64,000 nt of DNA from Blastocladiella emersonii ATCC 22665. Lineage: Eukaryota > Fungi > Blastocladiomycota. Of this stretch, positions 58,597-64,000 are shown piece by piece; within the stretch, counting starts at the first letter, position 1, and the number at the start of each line of letters is the position of its first letter. The notes beneath the pieces are model-generated. The model saw only the letters and a program-made list of their open reading frames with translations, searched no databases and was not told the DNA's origin. The position numbers and the translations under genes are program-made. The DNA is taken from NCBI GenBank assembly GCA_025594325.1, contig JANHCV010000007.1, positions 682,001-746,000 on the forward strand, written 5' to 3'.

Positions 58597-59595
58597 TCAC
58601 ACGAGCCCAATCAGGACGTTGAGCAGGATCATGAACCCGATAGCGAAGAAGAGCGCGCTCCGCTGGTCGTTGGCCTGGTCCGCCGCCGCGGCCGCCGTCG
58701 CCGTGCCGGCTCGCCGCTGCTGCGGCGCAGCACCAGCGCCCGCGACGCCGCCAAAATTGACCGAGAACCCGAACAGGCCGGGGAACACGCCGGCCTGGAA
58801 CTGGATGTTGGACGTGTCCCAGAACCGGCGGCGCGGCGCCTCGGGTTCGGGGCGGAACGCGGCGGGTCGCGGGGACTGGGGCGATGATGGCGTATCGTCA
58901 GTCGCCGCCGCCGTGGCCGCGCCCGCGTTCGACCGCGTGCGCGGGTCGGCGGTGCGGCCGCGGGCAAAGATCGGGATGGTCTTGTCGGGCCCGCACCCGG
59001 CCTTGCACGTCGGGCAGGTGACGGCGACGCGGCGCTCGGCGCACGACCGGAACCACTGGTCGAGGCAGCCCCAGCAGTAGAGATGCCCACACAAAGTAAC
59101 GACCGGGTCTTCGCCGGCCATGTCGAGGCAGATGTTGCACTCGAACACGGTCTCGGCGGGGCCGGTACCGGCGCCGGAGCCGGCATCGGGCTGTGATGGC
59201 GCACTCGCGGCAGCGGCGGAGGTCGGGGAGGAAGCAGGCTTGGGCGAGGTTGGCGTAGGCGATGGTGGTTGGGCGGGGCGAGATGTTTCGGCTGTCGCGG
59301 GAGGACGCGGTGACGCGGAGCGTGCGCGTGCGGGTTCCGGAGCACTTGCTGCTGCCTCCGGCGAAGCGGGCCGAGACGATGAGCGGGACCGCGACGAGGA
59401 CGACGATGAAGTGGTTGCGTCCGAAGCCGATGCCGACGAAGCAGAGTACGGGCTGTGGAAGACGGGCGACTTGCGCGCGGGCTTGCGGACGGTCGTGATG
59501 CGGTCGCCGATGTGGGCGGCGTCGTACGAGTAGGCCGTGCTCCGCGCGCGCGGCGGGTCGGCGGCGGCGCTCATTGTCGTGTCGATTGGATCCAT
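58597..59595 (-). CDS. RING-finger E3 ligase, RNF5/RNF185/RMA-like, C-terminal membrane anchor
   Basis: FECNICLD, PVVTLCGHLYCWGCLDQW, CPTCKAG, TIPIFARG, DPR, PRP; hydrophobic C-terminus ALFFAIGFMILLNVLIGLV. Confidence 0.9.
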   Translation of the reverse strand: MDPIDTTMSAAADPPRARSTAYSYDAAHIGDRITTVRKPARKSPVFHSPYSASSASASDATTSSSSSSRSRSSSRPASPEAAASAPEPARARSASPRPPATAETSRPAQPPSPTPTSPKPASSPTSAAAASAPSQPDAGSGAGTGPAETVFECNICLDMAGEDPVVTLCGHLYCWGCLDQWFRSCAERRVAVTCPTCKAGCGPDKTIPIFARGRTADPRTRSNAGAATAAATDDTPSSPQSPRPAAFRPEPEAPRRRFWDTSNIQFQAGVFPGLFGFSVNFGGVAGAGAAPQQRRAGTATAAAAADQANDQRSALFFAIGFMILLNVLIGLV

Positions 59596-59651
59596 GGTTT
59601 GTGTTACATTGCAGGTGGTCTGGGTGCACGAGAGCAGAGGGAGCGATCTCG

Positions 59652-59658
59652 CTTTATA
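59652..59658 (-). promoter_or_regulatory. TATA box of RING E3 gene
   Basis: TATAAAG on the minus strand ~60-80 nt upstream of the candidate ATGs. Confidence 0.5.
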
Positions 59659-60564
59659 AACTTGGGGGGATGCTCGGGGTTCGGCGGGAGGCGAAGTGCC
59701 ACGCTGGCAGCGTTCCCGAAGTCGGCCGAAGCAGCCGATGCGGCGGGGTGTGGTTCTCTAAGACGCAAGCAGCTCCCCTGACAAGTAACAACCCACTTAA
59801 GCCCAGTGAGTTACATCGAACGCCCCCAGTGATTCTCGACGCCTGTAGTCTGGGCCGGCTTTGCCAAGGCAGCTTGCCCAAGAAAGGCCAACAGCTGTCG
59901 TACAGTGCATATTCTGCGTGCAGGCAACAATACCACTGTTAAGAAATACATATGGGTTCCAAAAAAAAAGAAGCAGCCGATGCGGCGCAGCGCGTTCGCC
60001 CACGCGACCGAATCTGTTTTCAGCCGCCACGTGAGGGGCACGCCCCGCCCGTCACCGGATCGACGCATCTTCTTTTCGACTTGCCCCTCAGCCACCCGCC
60101 GTCCCTTGAGCGCCGCCACGCCGCCGCCGCGCCCTGCGCTCCCCACTTGCCCAAGAAACTTCCATGTATCAGTCGCCCGGCGCGCCGCTTGCAATTCTGC
60201 CGGAGCTCTAACTCGCCTGCTGCGCACCGCTGCGGTCCCTCTCGACGCCCTCGCCTCCATCGTCATCCGGGCTTCGCGCCTCCGCCTGCCCGACTTCCAC
60301 CTCGAGGGCTCCTAGTCTGGGCCTCTCTGCGCTGATACTTGATACTCTTGCCGAGTGCCTGGCCGACTGCCCCACCCGCTCGACTTCTTCCGCGTGGGCC
60401 CGCCGCGCCGCCTGCGAGACAACAACAACCATTGCACTGCCCTTCTCGCCTCGCCTCGCCGCAAGCCCTCTCTCCCCTTGCCACCACGCCGCACCGCAAC
60501 CATCAGCACCACGAATCAACCATCCTAGACCCTCAATCAGCAGCAGACGCGCGATATCCAGACC

Positions 60565-61941
60565 ATGCTGTTCTCGCACCTGTCCAAGCTGCGGGCGATT
60601 CTCGACCGGTCGGCGATAGCGCGGTACGCGCTGCTGTCGTCGGTCGCGCAGATGGGCATCCAGCTCATTCTGGAGACGGGCGTGGCCGTGTCGCACAACC
60701 GCGAGCTGGCGCACGTGTACGACGTGCACTCGGCGGCGCTGGCGGCGGGCGGGCAAAAGGACCCGGCAACGGGTTTGCCCTCGCTACCCGCGACCGACCC
60801 GAAGCTGCAGCTGTACACGGCGTACAACCTGGCGCGCGCGCTGTTCGTGTACCACTGCATCTACCTGATGGCGACGTGCCTGCAGCTGTACTTCACGTTC
60901 GACTCGATTCTGCACCAGAACTCGGTCGAACTGATCGCGCTCAACACGCTCAACGCGGGCCTGTTCGGGTACGCGATCCTGCAGCACGTGCAGAGCGTGT
61001 CGACGTTCAACACGCTCAACGAGGTGCTGGCGTCGCCGACGCTGGCCAAGGCGGCACCCGGCGCGCGCGCGCTGGTGCTCAAGACCACGTCCGCGTTCCA
61101 CATCCCGGCCATGGTGGTGTCGGCGCTGTTCCTGGTCGGCACACTGGCGCTGTCGTACAAGATGCACCGCGAGTACGGGTGGATGCTGTACAAGCGGATC
61201 GGCGCCAACGTCGGGCTGCGGCGGCAGATGATGCACTACTTTTTCCTCATGATGCTGCTCAAGGTCGACGTCTTCTTCTACTTCACTTTCTCGCTGCAGT
61301 TCCTGGTCGTGTCGGCCTTCGCCGAGGCGCCCATGGGCAACACCATCATTCACGTGTTCGTGTCGGTGCTCGTGATCTTCATCCTGGCGGTGATCTCGGT
61401 GCGCGGGGTGCGGTCCGAGAACGCGCGGCTGATGCAGGGGTTCATGGTCGGGACCGTCGGGTGCATCGGGTACCTCGCGTACAAGCTGTGGCAGGCCACG
61501 ACCGAGCCGCGGTTCGAGCCCGTCAAGCGGTCCATCACCTTCTCGATCGTCGTGTGCCTGCTCGTCGCCGTGGCCACGCTCGTCAACGCGTTCGTGTGCT
61601 ACCGCAATTTCGGGACCGGGCTCAAGGAGCACGTCAGCCGCCAGGCCTCGGTGCGCCGGCGACGCGAACAGCAGCAGCAGGGCCAGGGCCAGGGCCAGGG
61701 CCCTCAGCCGCTCGGGCTCGCGCCCGTCGGTAACTACGCGGCGCCAACACCGCCGCAGCCCGCGGCCGGGTACCCGCAGCACCAGCACCAGCAGCAGTAT
61801 CAGCAGCAGCAGTACGGGTACCAGCAGCAGCAGCAGCAGCAGGTGTACTCGTCCTACTCGAGCGACGGCGGCAGCGGGCTCGGGTACCAGCAGCACCCGC
61901 AGCAGCCCAAGACGGCGTCGGGCGGGAGCAGGTTCCCGTAG
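60565..61941 (+). CDS. multi-pass membrane protein, UPF0658 (Golgi) family-like, Gln-rich C-tail
   Basis: About seven hydrophobic helices; DSILHQNSVELIALNTLN and EYGWMLYKRIGAN...MLLKVDVFFYFTFSLQFL match the family pattern as I recall it. Confidence 0.75.
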   Translation: MLFSHLSKLRAILDRSAIARYALLSSVAQMGIQLILETGVAVSHNRELAHVYDVHSAALAAGGQKDPATGLPSLPATDPKLQLYTAYNLARALFVYHCIYLMATCLQLYFTFDSILHQNSVELIALNTLNAGLFGYAILQHVQSVSTFNTLNEVLASPTLAKAAPGARALVLKTTSAFHIPAMVVSALFLVGTLALSYKMHREYGWMLYKRIGANVGLRRQMMHYFFLMMLLKVDVFFYFTFSLQFLVVSAFAEAPMGNTIIHVFVSVLVIFILAVISVRGVRSENARLMQGFMVGTVGCIGYLAYKLWQATTEPRFEPVKRSITFSIVVCLLVAVATLVNAFVCYRNFGTGLKEHVSRQASVRRRREQQQQGQGQGQGPQPLGLAPVGNYAAPTPPQPAAGYPQHQHQQQYQQQQYGYQQQQQQQVYSSYSSDGGSGLGYQQHPQQPKTASGGSRFP

Positions 61942-63053
61942 AGCAGAAGTTGTGTGTCGAATGTAACCTCATTTACCCCTTGCACCGCAAAGCGTCTCAC
62001 AGCGCGCGCGAGACGCGTCGCGATGGGCGTGGCAGGTCACATGCCCACGTGGCGAGGCTTGCGGTGCGGGCCGATTTTCTTTTTTCCAAGGAAGCTTCGG
62101 CACGCCTCCGCGGCGGCGGGCTGAGCCCCGGGGCAGAAGCGTCGCCAACCGCCCGCGCGCCAGCCAACCGCAACACCCCGGCCCAAGCGCACCCCGCGGC
62201 TCAGCGGCTCAGCGCAATCCCATCAGTCACGTTCGCAAGACCGCCGCGTCCCGCCGTGCCCCGCCCGCGTCCCGCGTCTCGCACCGCCACGCCGCCCACT
62301 CGTGCGCCCTGCCTGCCTCCATCCGGCGCCCACCCGCCCGACTGTCCCCAAGTGTCTCCCGCCCTTCCCGCTCGGGCCGCCCTTCCTGCGCCCTTCCCAC
62401 CCGCTCGCGCACCTTCCCGCCGGCTCCGCCCGCCGCGCCGCGAAGCTCTGTTCCGGGCAGCTGTTCCTCGATCCCTGCCCGCCCGCGTGGCGTCGCCATC
62501 GCCGCCCGCACCTCGCGAAGCGTGCGAGCGCTGTGTGATCGCGCACTTCGAGCGGTCCAGCGCCCCGATTATCGCGTTCGCGTGGGAGTGGGTGCAGCCA
62601 GCGCGAGAGAGCTGCGATCGAACGGCCGCCCCCCGCGCGCGCCCCTGCGCTCCCATCGCGCATCGCGCCGCGCCGCCTCGGTCGCTGGTTCCCTCCGCCG
62701 CACCCGCCATCCGCCTGACCCGGTTGCTGTCTCGCACCCGCGTCCTGCCGCGTGATTGACCGGCGCGTCTCGCAGCTGCGTTTGCGGTTCGAGCGCGCGC
62801 GTCAGAGTCACGTCGCGCCATCCATCGGCCGCGTTCCGCCCGCCCGCCTCGCCGTGTGCCCCCGTCACGCACGCACACGCAGACGCCGCCGCTCGCTGCA
62901 TCGCGTGCCCGGCCCCGCGCCCCTGCCCTTCCGCTGCCGATCCGGTCGTCGTCGTCCGCGTGGTACGCTTGTCTCGCGCGACCCTGTCGCCGACCGCGAT
63001 CTGACTCGACTGACCATGGACCTCGTAGATCCTACCTATACCCGCTCGGCGCT

Positions 63054-64000
63054 ATGCAGCAGCAGCCGTCGTCGACGCCCGGCCCCTCCGGCCAGCAGCC
63101 GCAGTTTGCTTTCGCCCAGCAACAGCAGCAGCAGCAGCAGCAGCAGATGCCACAGCTCGGCGGCCAGGGTATCCCGCCCAACCAGCTCGCCGCGTACCAG
63201 CAGATGCTCCAGCAGCAACAGCAGCAGCAGCAGATGTACCAGCAGCAGCAGCAACCACAACAACAGCAGCAGCAGCAGTATGTCCAGCAGCAGCAGCAGT
63301 TCGGTCAGCAGCAGGCCGCCTTCAACAACGCGGCGTCGGGCGCCATGCAGCCGCCCACCGTGTCGGCCTCGGCCATGGGCGGCAACGCCGGCGGCGCCAT
63401 GCAGCCGCCGTCCAACGCGCCGTACGCCGGCATGACCATGCAGCAGCTCCAGATGCTCCAGTTCCAGCAGCAACAGCAGCTCCTCCTTCAGCAGCGGCTC
63501 CAGCAGCAGCAGCAACAGCCCGGCGCCGGCGGCTTCACGATGCAGCAGATCCAGGCCCTGCAGCTCCAGCAACAGCTCCAACAGCAGCAGCAGGCCGCGG
63601 CCAACCAGCCGCCCGCCGCCGCGATCCAGCCGCAGCTCTCGGGAAACAGCAACATGGGCGTCGCCGCCGCCGCCGGGATGCAGGGCATGCAGCAGCGCCA
63701 GCCGAGCGTGAGCCTGCAACAGCAGCAGCAGCAACCGATCGCGACCAACGTCACGGGCGGCAGCGTCACGTCCAACAACGCCCAGCAGCAGCAGCGCCAG
63801 CCGAGCCAGACGCCCGGCCCGCCCAACAACAACAGCATGGACAACACGGCCACCGCCGCCAACTCGGCCGTCTTCTCGTCCGCCTCGGGCGCGCCCTCGA
63901 CCGCCTCGACCCCCGCGTCTGCCCTCGCCATGGGCCCCGGATCCGCGTCCGCGTCGGCGTCCGCGTCGGCACCGCAGTCCAACCTCGCCTCACCTGCGTT
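63054..64000 (+). CDS. glutamine-rich protein, N-terminal part (3' truncated by window)
   Basis: MQQQPSSTPGPSGQQPQFAFAQQQQ... open to the window end; candidate upstream intron 62963-63028; composition suggests a transcriptional regulator but no domain is visible. Confidence 0.7.
   Translation, partial: MQQQPSSTPGPSGQQPQFAFAQQQQQQQQQQMPQLGGQGIPPNQLAAYQQMLQQQQQQQQMYQQQQQPQQQQQQQYVQQQQQFGQQQAAFNNAASGAMQPPTVSASAMGGNAGGAMQPPSNAPYAGMTMQQLQMLQFQQQQQLLLQQRLQQQQQQPGAGGFTMQQIQALQLQQQLQQQQQAAANQPPAAAIQPQLSGNSNMGVAAAAGMQGMQQRQPSVSLQQQQQQPIATNVTGGSVTSNNAQQQQRQPSQTPGPPNNNSMDNTATAANSAVFSSASGAPSTASTPASALAMGPGSASASASASAPQSNLASPA

Noticed and set aside
63054-64000. CAG/CAA tracts as non-coding microsatellites, or assignment to a specific Mediator subunit
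   Set aside because: The tracts are in-frame poly-Gln coding sequence, and no diagnostic domain lies within the window.

Overview
GC-rich eukaryotic genomic DNA (by eye ~65-70% GC in genes) with short spliceosomal introns (mostly 54-90 nt, GTACGY/GTGCGY donors, CTGAC/CTAAC branch points, YAG acceptors). Delta-tubulin, CFAP298 and a fungal-type trifunctional FOL1 point to a flagellated, early-diverging (zoosporic) fungus; Blastocladiomycota is my inference, not demonstrated. Conserved genes: alpha-tubulin 3' end, a PAK/STE20-like kinase, delta-tubulin, HGH1, an R3H protein, UBA4, CFAP298, FOL1, a paladin-like triple-PTP protein, a di-ubiquitin, MRT4, GCN1, an RNF5-like RING E3 and a UPF0658-like membrane protein. 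An accessory stretch (~11-29.5 kb) holds F-box-like and LRR pseudogenes, a lower-GC island and two genes whose introns are all phase 2. Highlights: (1) a plant-type LRR receptor-like gene with nine consecutive 72-nt exons, each exactly one 24-aa LRR; (2) a FANCA-like protein; (3) a 10-exon orphan built of symmetric phase-2 cassettes with a duplicated exon; (4) a DEAD-box pseudohelicase; (5) a divergent ubiquitin (N25S, T28); (6) a head-to-head EF-hand paralog pair; (7) a recurrent upstream motif GTCTCGC. No tRNA, rRNA, CRISPR or intact transposon was recognised. Exon boundaries were read by hand and all homology calls are from memory of the families, not from searches.
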